Source: Pocillopora damicornis
Taxonomy: Eukaryota
NCBI RefSeq assembly: GCF_003704095.1
Contig: NW_020846475.1
Coordinates: forward strand, 434,001-498,000
Direction of reading: 5' to 3'
Length of the DNA: 64,000 nucleotides
In this document: in pieces, positions 26,298-39,100 of the stretch
Layout: each line of letters opens with the position of its first letter
Numbering within the stretch: the first letter of the stretch is position 1
Position numbers and translations under genes: made by a program
Notes under the pieces: generated by a model
Told to the model about the DNA's origin: nothing
Seen by the model: the letters and a program-made list of their open reading frames with translations, nothing else
Database searches by the model: none

Positions 26298-26923
26298 CTT
26301 TATGCTGATAATCAACTATGTGTTTCACTTGCCCCTTTGATGAAACAGGTCATTGTGCAAAGCGATGTTTTTTGCCAAAATCTGATTTAAATTGAATGTT
26401 GTGGTACGCATTGTACATAGCAGCCAAGTTTTTTCATCAGATAATTTATGTAGTTTACCTAACAGTTGTAAATACATTTTGCACACTTTTTAAGACACCT
26501 TAAAATTTTATTTTAAGTATAAAGTATTTATTTTTCTAGACCAGTGCTGGTTAGAGACTATTGTAAATAATTCATGCTGTTGTTAAAAGCAACATTTGAT
26601 CAGCCAAATAAATTTTAGCTTGTAATACAAATGATCTTCTTGTGGAATTAGGGAATCAATGGTCTCTAATTAAAGCTTCTTCAAAGGCTAGGACTCAGCT
26701 TGTTGGGGAGCACGTACCATTAACGTATCCATGGGGACGTATTACTCCTCTTCCCATCAAAATCTTGGTAATGTTCATGAGGCGTACATGACATATCTAA
26801 GTTTATGCCAGCGAGGAGGCTGGAAGCTAATGTTTGAGCGCGGTTTTCAAAGTAAAACGTTTGGTTGTGGGATTGTTTAGTAGTACTCATCACATTTGAT
26901 CTGTCTTGGATTTTATTCCTGCA

Positions 26924-29900
26924 ATGAGGCGAACAACCCTGGGCCCTCTTAACATAGGAAATCAGAGCAGACCGGTCGCTCGGGAGAAGAAAACTTCTCT
27001 TGGATCGAGAGCTTCAATAGGAAATAGGACATCACTCGGTAGACCTTCGACTTCGGGGAGACCTTCGCTCGCTGGTGCAAGATCATCAGCGACTGGAAGG
27101 TAGGAAAACGTCGTAAACCCAAAAGGTTTCGCCCCATCTTTTAACGTTATTATGATTCGGTGCTTTTGTATCAACTGCCTATTACATGTTTTGCGCGGAA
27201 ATAATGTCTTAATTTGGTATAACTTTCTGTATTTTTTTCCTTCTAATGCAGTTGAATCTAAATAATGTCAACACTTCTACTGAAAGCTTAAATCAACTGA
27301 AGCTTGATCTTTTTATGCTTATTTTGTAGTTCTAATAAATCTTTAATCTTTCAGGAGACCATCTAGCCAATATGGGAGAGAAAACTGTGTTCAGATGAAA
27401 GATCCGCGGCCCCTCTCCGACAGAGGTGCATGAAGCCTTCTCTAATTTCATTTTTTTTCTCTATCCTCTATCAGGCCTTTTTTCGTTATTTCTCTTCGGT
27501 TCACTTCAAGACTTACATTTTTCAGAGTCCATAAACTTTTTCTAGGTCTTCATGATCACAGTAAAACTGCATCAATTGTTGTTTATGGTTTTATATTTTG
27601 AAAGAACGACCTATACATTTTATCAGAACAGCCAAATATTTAAACTAGGTTCAAAGCTTGAAACCTACTTTTTGCATTTTCATCCCAGGATACCAGCAAA
27701 AAATGATTAGATATCTTATGGAGGTATGTGCAGTATTATATTTTTAATTTGCAAAGTATATAGGGTTGAACCGGATGGCTAATTAATTTTCCTGGAATCA
27801 CTCTTACCTTCACATCTCAAAAACCTGAGCCAGTCCACAGGTTTGCGATTTGCCGTGATCTCGGCTCATCTCTTGCAAAATGATATAACTTCGGATGCTT
27901 TCTCATAAATTATCATGACTTAAAAAAATAATCTCTAAACCTGTTCAGCTGATGTGTTCATTCCCCTAAAGACCCTTGCAAGACTGTCAACACATAAGGA
28001 TACTTTTTTTCTCATGTTAAATTCACCCATCGTTATTTACAACATTTGTGAGCCTGTAATCGATTGTAACTACATTAAGTTTTATGTCAGTAGATATATT
28101 TTCACTAGTCTTGCAGAGTTAATGAATAATGCTACCATTATTAATTTAGTTCCTGACAGAGTTTCATTATCCACATCAAATTTCCATGAGAATTCTGAGT
28201 GCTCCTTCTACAAAAGAGTTCTGCAACATTTTCCAGGTAATGTAAACACTGTAGTTTACAAAAAAGCTAGACACTTTAAGCTTGCATCTACCACAGTGAT
28301 TTCATGTATTTTGGCCTGTTCTTCTTATGGTAATTGTCAGAAACTTAGTATTTTTTATAAGTCCTCACAAACCTATTCCTCAACTGCATGTATCAACAAT
28401 TCTCTGTTAATTAGAAAAAAAGTACAAATTGACACTCCCAAGAGTATGTTATGCTATCTGTGTTTACATTATTTTGTCATTTTCAACAAGAGAAATTTGA
28501 ATGTAACCTCTGAGAGATTATAGGAGTCCTTAATTTTTTTACTCTAAATGTGAGGTCTATTTTGCACAGTTTCTTTACAAGTACATAAAGGCAGACACTC
28601 AAAAAAACACTTCACTGGAATCCAAACCAGCAGAGGAGATCCCAAGGATTTTCAAGATGTTAGGGTATGTTGGGAAAGCTAAGATTAAGGAAGAATTTTC
28701 TTTGTTTCCTAGTCAGGGCTCTTATTACACAATCAATGAAAATGATTGTATCAATAATATATAATTATATATTCCAAATTTACCTCCATAATTTTTTTTT
28801 TGTTCCTCAGTTATCCATTTACAATTTCAAAGAGTAACCTGCACTCTGTTGGAAGTCCTCATGCTTGGCCCATGGTACTCGGTGCACTATGCTGGCTTAT
28901 TGAACTTATCAAGGTTAATTATTGTTAAATTATACTGAATTTGATGCATTTTGCTATAGTTAATGATTGCCAGAAAATTACAGCTGTCACAATGTCATGA
29001 CCAATGACAGCTTGTGGCTTTACATGCAGAGAGACAAATGATTTGATTTTTTTTGTACTTGTAATTAAATATAACAGCATGCCATGAGTGTTGGTCAGGA
29101 TATTGAAGGCCATGTTCTGTTCCCTGAGGACAATTACAGAGCTGGTGAAGAATACCAAGATGGGCCACAACCTGAAGACAAGGTAAGTCATGAATAAAGC
29201 CACCGTTAGTTAGACTGGGTGACATATGTAGTCTGAGAGTCATCCTGAAAAGAACTGTGGTGCATGGTTTGAACCCAGGAGTAAAAGTGTATGATATAGT
29301 CAGATCATCTGAGTGCAAGTAGTCCTGAAAAGGCTGCTATCACTGATATCATTAGTGACTGAATACTTAATGACCTCATGGCTGCTAGGATTTTTTTTCT
29401 TTTCTTGGGAGAATGGTGCTCTTTCTTTCTTCTTCAGGCCTTTTTTTTCTTTTTCCCTTTTATCAGGGACTTTCTTCTGCTTTTGATTTTCTCATGAGCA
29501 AAGATTTTTCTATAAGTCAGACAAAAGGCTAACTCTTGAAAAGTCAGCCTTTAAACTCTTTACGATGGACAATTTACATTTTTAAGTCAGTTGATAACGC
29601 TAAATTACCCTATAATTTCAGTACTTTTTTAGGTATTTGGAGAAAAGTTATGCTGCTTTCATGATGGGGACAGAACTTGATGAACTGGGAGAATTTGACA
29701 ATGAATTTATTGATAGCATAAGTAAGTTTAATGTTTGGGTGTGAAAATTTTCACAATACAAAAAAGTTCCTAATTTTAAGTTTCTCAATCACCAGTCTTG
29801 AGAATTTTAGAGTTGACTTAACTTAACTTTTGGTCACATTTACTTTGTTTTCAGGATCAAGAAATGCTGTTCTGCTTGAAGGTAAATAGATTTTCTGAGA

Positions 29901-32900
29901 TTCAAAAATTTAGTACAAATTAAGGTTCATGAAAATCTACTAAACACCAATAAGTCATCAAGTTAACAACCACACTGCAGCTTATATTGACACAACCTTC
30001 AGACTAGCTTTAGCTAGCTGTGAGAAGTGTTGATCTCATTTTTTATTTCAAACATGTAAACTTGTAGCAGTGGTCAGTGAATTTATTATTTTATTTAGCT
30101 TGGTTCACTGTTAGGTAAACAGTGTTGAGATTATGAATAATCATCAGCATGAAAATGAGTTTTCACATTTTAGAAGAGTAAGATAAACCTTTTACATTCA
30201 TTTGCTTTCAGGAAATGAAGACCTGATGAGAGATAACCTAATGTTAGAGGAAGAATTGAATGCCCTGAAAAATGATTCTGTGAGTACTTACCAAAAAAAT
30301 TGTGTCATCTCATGTTATTAGTTGATATGGATATTTATCTTTTCCAAAAAGAGAAATCTGTACTAAATTAATAAAATTGTTGAGTTAAATCACAGCAAAA
30401 GTTTTTCAGATGAGAGAAGTTCTTGAGCTAGGAAGCAGACTGAAGTCAAAGAGGAATAAAAAATCAGTTTTAAAAAGAGACACTTCTTTGTACAAAACAA
30501 GGGAAAGTGAACAAGCTTGTTTTTTCCTTTCCTTTCAAATGTCCTCTGAGCTTTGCTATTGACTTTTTGAATTTTAAAATATCAGTGAAAGGTAATATGT
30601 ATAGAATGTACTAATAGTTGTTTGTTTTCTTGCTTTGTAGTCGCGTCTCCAAACGTTAGCTGAAAGAAAGATAACATTAACTTCTGACAAGTAAGATTTG
30701 CACTAAATTAAGTAAAAATTTAACATGTACCTTCATTAATACTTGTTCTCTGGATCATGTGTTGTAAACAGGTTGAATGTATTACAACCTCCTGGTCATC
30801 TGTATGATTACTGACTGTCAACAATTTCCTGTGCTTATCCCACAGGGAAAAGTTTCAGAACTACCTAGGAGACTTGGGGAAGAGTACAAAACAGTTGGAG
30901 GAAAAGAATGAGCAGCTTGTCGAGGAACTAAGAGGACTAAGTATTATATATACCTCTTAATAACTGAGTTTGAGGTTCATACTCTAAGTTACAGACAGGG
31001 TTAATTTTTGCTTGAATTTATGGCCCAACCCAAAGCATGCATGTCCGCACAGGAAACATAAGGTACCATAACTCAAAGTACAGGCCTCAAACTCAGTTTG
31101 TAAGAGGTTAGAAGGAAATTTTTTCATATCTCTGAGTTCAATAAGAAGGAGAAGATTTAATTTCAAACAAACCTTTAAATGTAGCAGGCTGTACTGTGAA
31201 ATACAGCCTGCTAAATTGGCCAATCAAGTACAAGTATTTATTTCCTTGTAGTTACAGTATTTGAATCCTTTTAACTTTCTATTAAGTTACAAATGAATGT
31301 TATTTTTTGTTGTATCTGCAGAAGTGGAACAAAATGCCATCACCCAAGAAAATGCACGGCTTCAGGTAAATATATGTTACAAGGCTTTGTTGTTGTCGAT
31401 GTGTGGTTTTTCTTGAATGAAACTCTGACTTTGTGAAGTACAAACATTGTTACTTAACACCCACCCAAGAGAAAACACACTAACCACTGCCTTGTAAGCT
31501 CAATAGAGACAGTATCTTACTGCAGTGTGAAAGTTTAAAGTTTCAAGTGTCTGACAGGCCCTATACACCTGAGATTTTATGCAGGTCTTTAAAAACCATG
31601 AAGCCTTTTCTGACCTAATGCTTGGGCACCAAAGACCAAATTTTCCAGAGAGAAGGAGGTTCTTTTATCACCATAGGAGAAATCCCATTACATACATGTG
31701 CTGTGCTCCAATAATACCTTTTTCTGTGTGCCACAGAGTTTAGCCATCTCCCTTCCTTGCTAATTAACCCTTTAAATCCTGAGAGTGACCAGCAACTAAT
31801 TTCTCCATAATAATTTATCCATTCATAAAATCATGAGCATAAAGAAAATTATTATTACATGTAATTTGAGAAGCTTTGATTGTTAAATAAACTCTCCTTG
31901 GCAGTACCAAGGAATTATACAGAGAAGGGTATGGAAAATACATGGCTATTGAGAATATGGTGTAAAGAATTAAACTTATTAATTCAAACCTTAATTTTAA
32001 ACAAAGTATGCATATCTTTTCATTCATTTTCTAATCATTACTTGTTTATATTGCAGCAAACTCTGAACAACCAGGAGCTGAGTTCTGCAGATGTTGAAAG
32101 AATGAAGCATGAGAAAAAAGAACTACAGAAGGCCATTGAACAACAAGAAAGGGAAAGAGATTATTTTAACCAGCAGATCTGGGAAAAAGAGATGCAATTT
32201 GCGAAAAAACATGAAGAGGTTAGCTAGCAACAGGGCATTCAATTTGGAATCTGTCGCTGACTGTAATACTGTCTTACCATAAGGAGTTTGTTTTGTCACT
32301 AGTGTAAAAGATAAAACAGAAAGCCTGAATCTTTTTTAACCAACTTTTGGCATCCATTTTAGACTGAGAAGCATGTACGAGAATATAATGAAATGGCAAG
32401 GAACTTGAAATTGATTCCACCCTCAGCAGAAAATGCAAATGGTATTGACTTTGAGATGCACTTCAATCCACACTCACAAAGACCTGATCAGAGAGCTCAC
32501 ATGGACTTTAAGGGAACCATAAAGGTATATATGCCCTAATAACATAATACAGCGTGACTGTAACCTATTTGCTGAATTTCCTGAAGTGGCACATTTTTTC
32601 ATAAGTTATCTCAGATTCATCAGCAGGGGGTAACTATTGAGTTGGGGAACTTTTTTGTCTGGGGAGTGCATCAGTGTAACAGCACAAGAGTTGGCTGTTG
32701 GGAAAATGGAAACAAAGAGCTCCATTTTTTGTGACTGCTGTCTCTCATGCTGTGACACTGTTTTGCTCCCCCCCAAAATAAAAATGTATTACACACATAA
32801 GTGCATCATTGGTATCACCTCCATGTCTCATTTGTTACATGATGGAAAACATTCAGCCAAGTTCTAAATGTGAAACAACAATTTCATTACATGTTGTATT

Positions 32901-35268
32901 ATTCAACAGCCTGCCCTTCTTCATCTCAAACAACAAATCAGTGAGAAGAGTCGTACCACTCAGTCTCAGGTCATCACTGAAGAGGAAGCATTTGATCAGG
33001 TAGAAATTTATGACTGGTTACATACGAAAACTAGATTGAAGGTGTGAACTTGAGTTACTTGATGTAGAAGGGGGGAACTAATAAAAAACGTTTTACAGTC
33101 TGTCTCTTCATTATGGTCAAGATGATGGATGTTAAGGTATCCAAGGCCCCTCTGGGTACCAGCCTTACAGCTGATTGGGCCACCATGGTAACATAGAGTT
33201 TGCCTTACCTTACCATAAATAAATGTGTTTAAAAATCATTGGTCTAACCATTTAGAGTGTTTATCAATTGATAGCTTGACACCTCATTTGAAATTAACTC
33301 TGAATAAACAATAGTCCTTCAGGCCAAACAGGCTTGTATTCTGCAATTTTTCCTTGCTGCACTTTTAGTACATTTAACCATTTAATGTGCTCTTGAATTA
33401 TAAAATAATGTACTTGGTGCACCCTAAAAATGTGGAGTTTTCGTCAACACTGGAGACACTGAAAACAATCAGTCATTACTTTTGTCCAAGGCCAGGTTGC
33501 TCAAAGCTAGATTAAGATGAACCAGGGTAAGTATGAGATCTGATTTCAGATCTAAAAGCTTTAATGAATATAAAATGTATAATCTTTTTGTCTACAATTT
33601 GTTGATTGGATGTTGTGAAAAGAATGAAGAAAGTCATCCCTACAGGTTTTCGGACAAAGGAATAAAGAAACCCAGATTAAAATTTAACCTTGGGTTAGTG
33701 CTAATCAGCCTTTAAACAACTAGGCCTGAGTGTTCACAACTCTAATTAGATGCTGTTTTATTTAAGATAAGTGAGATGGTGGCAGACAAACAAGAAGAGG
33801 TGACAGCTCTGGAGAGCAAACTGCAAGTATTGGACAAGGAGTTAGATTGGAAAAAGGAGGTATTGCAGCAACTGTGAAGTTAGCTGATTTGAACAAGAAT
33901 AACATCCTGAATTTGAGAAAACTGCATTACACTTGAAAGTTGTTGGGTAGTACTATAGAATGAAATGTTGTAAGAAGCAAAAATTTAGAAAGAGAGCTTC
34001 TCTTTTGGTAACAGAATATAAATGTTTGGTCTAACAGTAGGTGCTAAAATTGAAATTAACCATCATGTTTATTTTAAGAGAAGATCCAATTACTGAGCAC
34101 AAGTAGAGAGCCTTGAGAAGCATAGTAGAGAGCATAGCTGGACAGACATTGCCCCCCCCCCCCAAATTTCAAGGCAAATTATGATAAATTTTCCTTAGCA
34201 ACATGCCTTAAGACTATGTTCAAACTAACACCATCAGCATCTACTTGTCAAGGATGCTACCCCTTTCAGACTTTGATTGGTATTAATTTTTTGGTCATTT
34301 ATGATGGTTTTGCCTAATTTGCATAGATCATGGCAAAAGAGTACCAGAAAACCACTGGAGCTTCACAGGGTTTGGAGGAAAGTGTCCAACAGATGAGAGA
34401 GAAGGTGTTAGAATCTGAGGAGGCAGTGGAAGACAAAGAAAGCACCCTGAAGGAAATAAAACTCAGGTTACAACATAGCAAAATAGCATCTGTACCATCA
34501 AACAAATGAACATGAAACAGATACTGCATTGAGGTTGATAGACCTTTACCAGATCAATATTCACAGATGATGATGACAATGATGTCTAACTTGTAAAATT
34601 TACTGCCAGTAGTGTCAAGCATGCTTTGACAAAAAAATGTTTGATCTCTATTAACTGTTTATCACCCAGAGTGGAGCAAAGTGTTGTTGAGCGACAGAAG
34701 GAGAAAGAAGAATATTCAGATTTTATACTGAAGGCAAGTCATATGATCATGGAACACAAGACTCTTATTCAGGTAAGCCTTGCTGATCTCAAGCTTTGTA
34801 TGATGTGACTGTGTGGAGTTTTGTTGAGTTTTCTGGAAAGGTCTGTGCGGCAGAGCTACCAGTATGGTGTGTGGAAGTTCACTTTAAAGGGAGAATGAAT
34901 CACTTTGACTAGTTCGTTGCAAGTTAATAAGTTTGGAGCCATTTGTCAAAGCTCATCCTTGATGCATCAGCCTCCCCAGGCCAATTTGTACTGATAAGTC
35001 AGAGTATTTTGCTTAGCAGAGTGAATTGACAACAAATTGTAACCTTATTCATTACATAACCAGTTGACTGTTTACAAACAGCAAACAAGTGTGCTGAGTT
35101 TTTTTTGCTGTTATCAGCCTCTTATTGTTAAATTGTTGTAATTTTTAATTACAGAATCGAACACATGAGCTTCTGAAGCAAGCAGAAGAAATTTATGAGC
35201 AAACAAAACAGCTTGAGATTCCTAAAACATCCATACATATTCCACAGGAAAATGGGGAAGAAAATTAA
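26924..35268 (+). CDS. NDC80: Kinetochore protein NDC80/HEC1
   Basis: Basic, Ser-rich N-tail (MRRTTLG...GRPS, 26924-27099). Then KDPRPLSD (~27355-27425) and CH-domain exons (APSTKEFCNIFQ ~28150-28236; EEIPRIFKMLG/YPFTISKSNLHSVGSPHAWPMVLGALCWL ~28570-28913). Coiled-coil exons include QELSSADVERMKHEK (~32057-32218) and the loop LKLIPPSAENANGIDFE (~32363-32524). Last exon 35154-35268. About 19 exons, all GT-AG. Confidence 0.95.
33488..33728. mobile_element. MITE in an NDC80 intron
   Basis: Imperfect TIRs aaggccaggttgctcaaagc / gcctttaaacaactaggcctg; the terminus resembles that of the element at 13606. Confidence 0.65.
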
Positions 35269-36159
35269 AATACTAGCACAGCAAGAGTTTTTTTCTGGTA
35301 CTGTAATTTGAGTTTCTAGTAATTCATGTCTGAGGCATTGTATTATAGAAACTTTTTAGTTAACAGCACATTTTCCTAAAATTTATAAATAAGTGAACAA
35401 TTAACTCAGAGTACTTTTAGTTGCTAGGGAAAACAAAGTATAAATGCTTTTCTGAGTCCCCCCTCCAGGTATTACTCGGCTTTTCCAAGACAAAGCTGTA
35501 AAGTGGAATTTTAAACTGCCCTGATCTTCTTGCACAAGGAGGTGTAAATGGTTGTCTGATTTGAATTGTTATTTATTGGAACAGAGAAGTGTTTTGGGGT
35601 AAAATGCAATATTTGAGAGTTTGTAATTGTTCATGCAAGTTTGTAAGGAAAGTTTTTTTTCAATCCATGTAAACTAGATATTGTCTTGCCAGTACATATC
35701 ATCCTCTTGTTTAACACAGTCTTTTATATTTATAGTGCAGTTCTAAATGTGACTAAGTATCAGGCATCAAATTGAGAATTTATGATGAACAGTGTATGTT
35801 ACTTACTAAAGGAATAAAAACCCTCTTTGTGAGTTGCACTTTTGTGTAATTCTGTTAATCTTGGTGATCTTTCTTTTTTACTTAAATGCTCATTCTAACT
35901 CATTCATTTTTTTGTCCAAAACATCAATGAAGAGCAATTGCATAGTTGAGGGACAAAATTGAGCTAGGAAAACAAAGAGGGGGGTTCATCTTTCCCTCTA
36001 CTTTGTGAACTCCAGAAATAGGCCCATGTTTAATCGTTATGGTAGAGCTCCATTCTCGATGACATTGCGCAGTCAGATCACTTGTAGATTTTCCTCCCTC
36101 ACAGGTTTGACATTGAGTCCTTAACTCAACTACCACCAGTTGAGAATAATATGACTGGT

Positions 36160-39100
36160 TTAACATCTGTGGCTTGAATGATGTTTATATTCATGCGAAG
36201 AATGTCTGCTCTTGTGGCCTTCAGAATGTTTATGTTTTTCTTGATAGTACTTTGAATTTCTGTCTTTGTGTCTTGGAGAATGATCCCTATCAAAAAATTA
36301 ATCAACCAAGGAAAGTTTACATCTGTTGCTAGGGCTACCATCTTTTGTAATAAAAGTGTTGCTGCTATTGATGGCCAGCAAAAATCACTGAAACAAAGTC
36401 ACAGCTGATTACTAGTAAAAGGGAAAAAAACTTACATAGTTTAATCAAGTAGATTGTAAAAAAGTAACAATAGATACCTGTCTCTTCTGTTTTTGTGATC
36501 TCTTGACTTTTCTTCAAGTTGTGCCGCATGTTTCTCCTCAGCATGCTGATAAAATAAGGACACATCTGCGCTTTGCATCAATATGATGATTACAAATAAC
36601 CTCTCTCCATCATTTCTGCTATTTTAATTACGTGTACAACCTTCTTGATTGACTTACTAAAATGAGTTGAAATGTGGCTAAAAACTTGCAGCAGGGGTCA
36701 AAGGTGGGGTAGTACTGACCCACTCATGTTCTGGCTGGGATTACAAGGAGAGAGGGTGACAAAAAAAGAGGTTCCAAGACTGCAGCAGCTTGTTGTTAAC
36801 ATTATGGCATCCTTTTGATCTCTTAAAAATTGTTACACTTCTCTTACCTTATGACTTCTTGAGAATTCATCTCCATGTTTCTTTTTCTTTTTAATTCTCT
36901 CCATGTTATCATCACTGCTGCTGGGGCTCCTTCTTCTTTCCTGTTTATCTCTCTTCCTTCTGTCCCTTGGACTATCATCACTACTGTAACTTTCTTTCCT
37001 TTCTGGCCTTCTGTCCCTTTCCTTTCCACCATGTTTTCTCTCTCGTTTGTTATCTTCGTTGTCATTATCACTGTGCCTTGGTTTTCTTTCTTTTTCGATT
37101 GTGGACTTGGAAAAATCTTTATCCTTGTTGCTTCTTTCTTTTTGTCCTTTCTGTTTACTCCCAGATTTTCTATCACTGTGGTCATCATCAAATACTAAAT
37201 CATAGCTTCAATCAAGGAGTCAAGGAAAAATAAACTTCCCAGAAGTAGCACCCACCCTTTTGGCCATAATTTCAAACAGGCACCCCCCCCCCCAAAAATA
37301 ACCCTCCCCCTTCCTTCTACCCCACTCTCTTATAAATAGTAGGGATAAAAGCAAAACCTGTTTCTGTTGCCACTTTTTTCACATAACTTTTTAGGCTTCA
37401 ACTACAGCAGAATCAGAGCAGGAGAATAATAAGCACCCTCCTCTCCCCCCCCTTTTAGAGGGAGGAGAAAGTGCACTCTCTCCCCCCAGGCACTTTTTCA
37501 AGGAAATACAGTATATTTAAAAACAAATTTAAACTTAGTTTGTAAGCAGAGCTGATAAGGATACTTTGAAGACTGCTTTTGTCCCTTGATGGCAAATTTA
37601 GGTTTGTCCTTTTCACTTTTGTCTGGGAAGACTGGTTTAGCACCTGTGTTGAAGAGGAAAGAAAGAAAGGCTAAGCTGTAGACAAATGATGTTTCACTTG
37701 CTTGATATTGTTTATCACACATTTCTTATAATTTTAGCTCGAAGAATTTTATGCCAAATCATACAAATATAACCTTTGGTTGATATTGCTTTAGCTTTCT
37801 TCTTTTTTCCTTTATGCTTAAAAACGCATAGATTAAACATGAGGAGAAATTAATTTTTGGTCATTCTTGGAAGTTAAAGAGTTGAACAATAAAATACACT
37901 CAGGATTGCATAGTTGCATTTTCACATTCCAGTATTGCCATTTCACTAAAAAGGCAGACGATTTAATGAAAAAAATTACCTTGCTTTTGCATCTGGACTT
38001 TAGCCACTGATTGTGAAAAATCAACATGGATTCGCCGATCATCAATAAGCACATTATCCATTTTAAAATAAGCTCGTTCACAGTCTTCGACCTAAATAAA
38101 AATATTCTCAGGTTGTTCATTATTATTACTGCTTACCATAATGTAATACCTAGAAGCGATTGGCAAATGACATCTTTTTGCAGTTTCATAAAATTATCCA
38201 GAAAACAGGAATTAAGACCAGACAAATTTTCCACCTGAGGAATGTTACCCTCAGCAGATAAAAAAAATTATCAAAAGTTTTCAAAGTATGGGGAGATGTT
38301 ATATAACAAGATTGAAGAATTGTTGATCATGCCTTGGCAGACATAAGGGTCAAAATTTCTAAACAATAACCTTAAGTAAGCCAATGCACTGTAACTCGCC
38401 AAATTCTTGAGCACCATGGAAGAATCATCTGAAGGTAACAAGCACTTACATTCTCAAACTCGATGAATGCATACTGTAAAGATTCTCCAGTCTTCTGATC
38501 ACGTATGACTTCACAACTGGAATAAAACAAACAAAGTAAAGACTCCAGTACACTTACAAAAGAACACTACTACTCCTAGCAAACATAGCTCCAGCTGATT
38601 TAGAACAGTCTGATTAATTCCTAAACTTCTATTACTGACCAAAACAGAATTTCTCCTTATAAGATCAATGCAAAAGCTAGCAGACAAGTTATGAGAATAA
38701 AGAAAAATATCAATTAAAGGATTATTAGTTGATCCAATACCAAGTTCTCCAGACTAACATCATAAGAATTGTATGACAGACAGTATGGAGAACCACTCAA
38801 TCATGAGATCTTAGGAGTGAAAGGGTTAAACGATAGCAGTCTACTCAAGGAATTCACAGCAAACCATACCTTTTAATTGGACCAAATCTTGAGAAAATGA
38901 TCTCCAGGTCTTGATCCTGAGTGACAGGATTCAATTTGCAAACAAACAAGACATTTTCTGGGGGTGCCATTTCTGCATCTGGAAGATCACCAACCTGACA
39001 AAAAATTTAAACTACAATAACCATAATTTTATAGAACAAGGTAACAGGCTTAATCTGAGGCCAGAGGTTTGTAGATATCAAAGGAAATTTAGCTTAACCC

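Noticed and set aside
27954-28523. 189-aa ORF inside NDC80
   Set aside because: It spans an NDC80 exon in a different frame plus intron sequence and has no protein-like features.
36546-36565. Second U12-like branch sequence (TCCTTAT) in PPIL4
   Set aside because: The matching donor is GTAAGA, a U2-type site.
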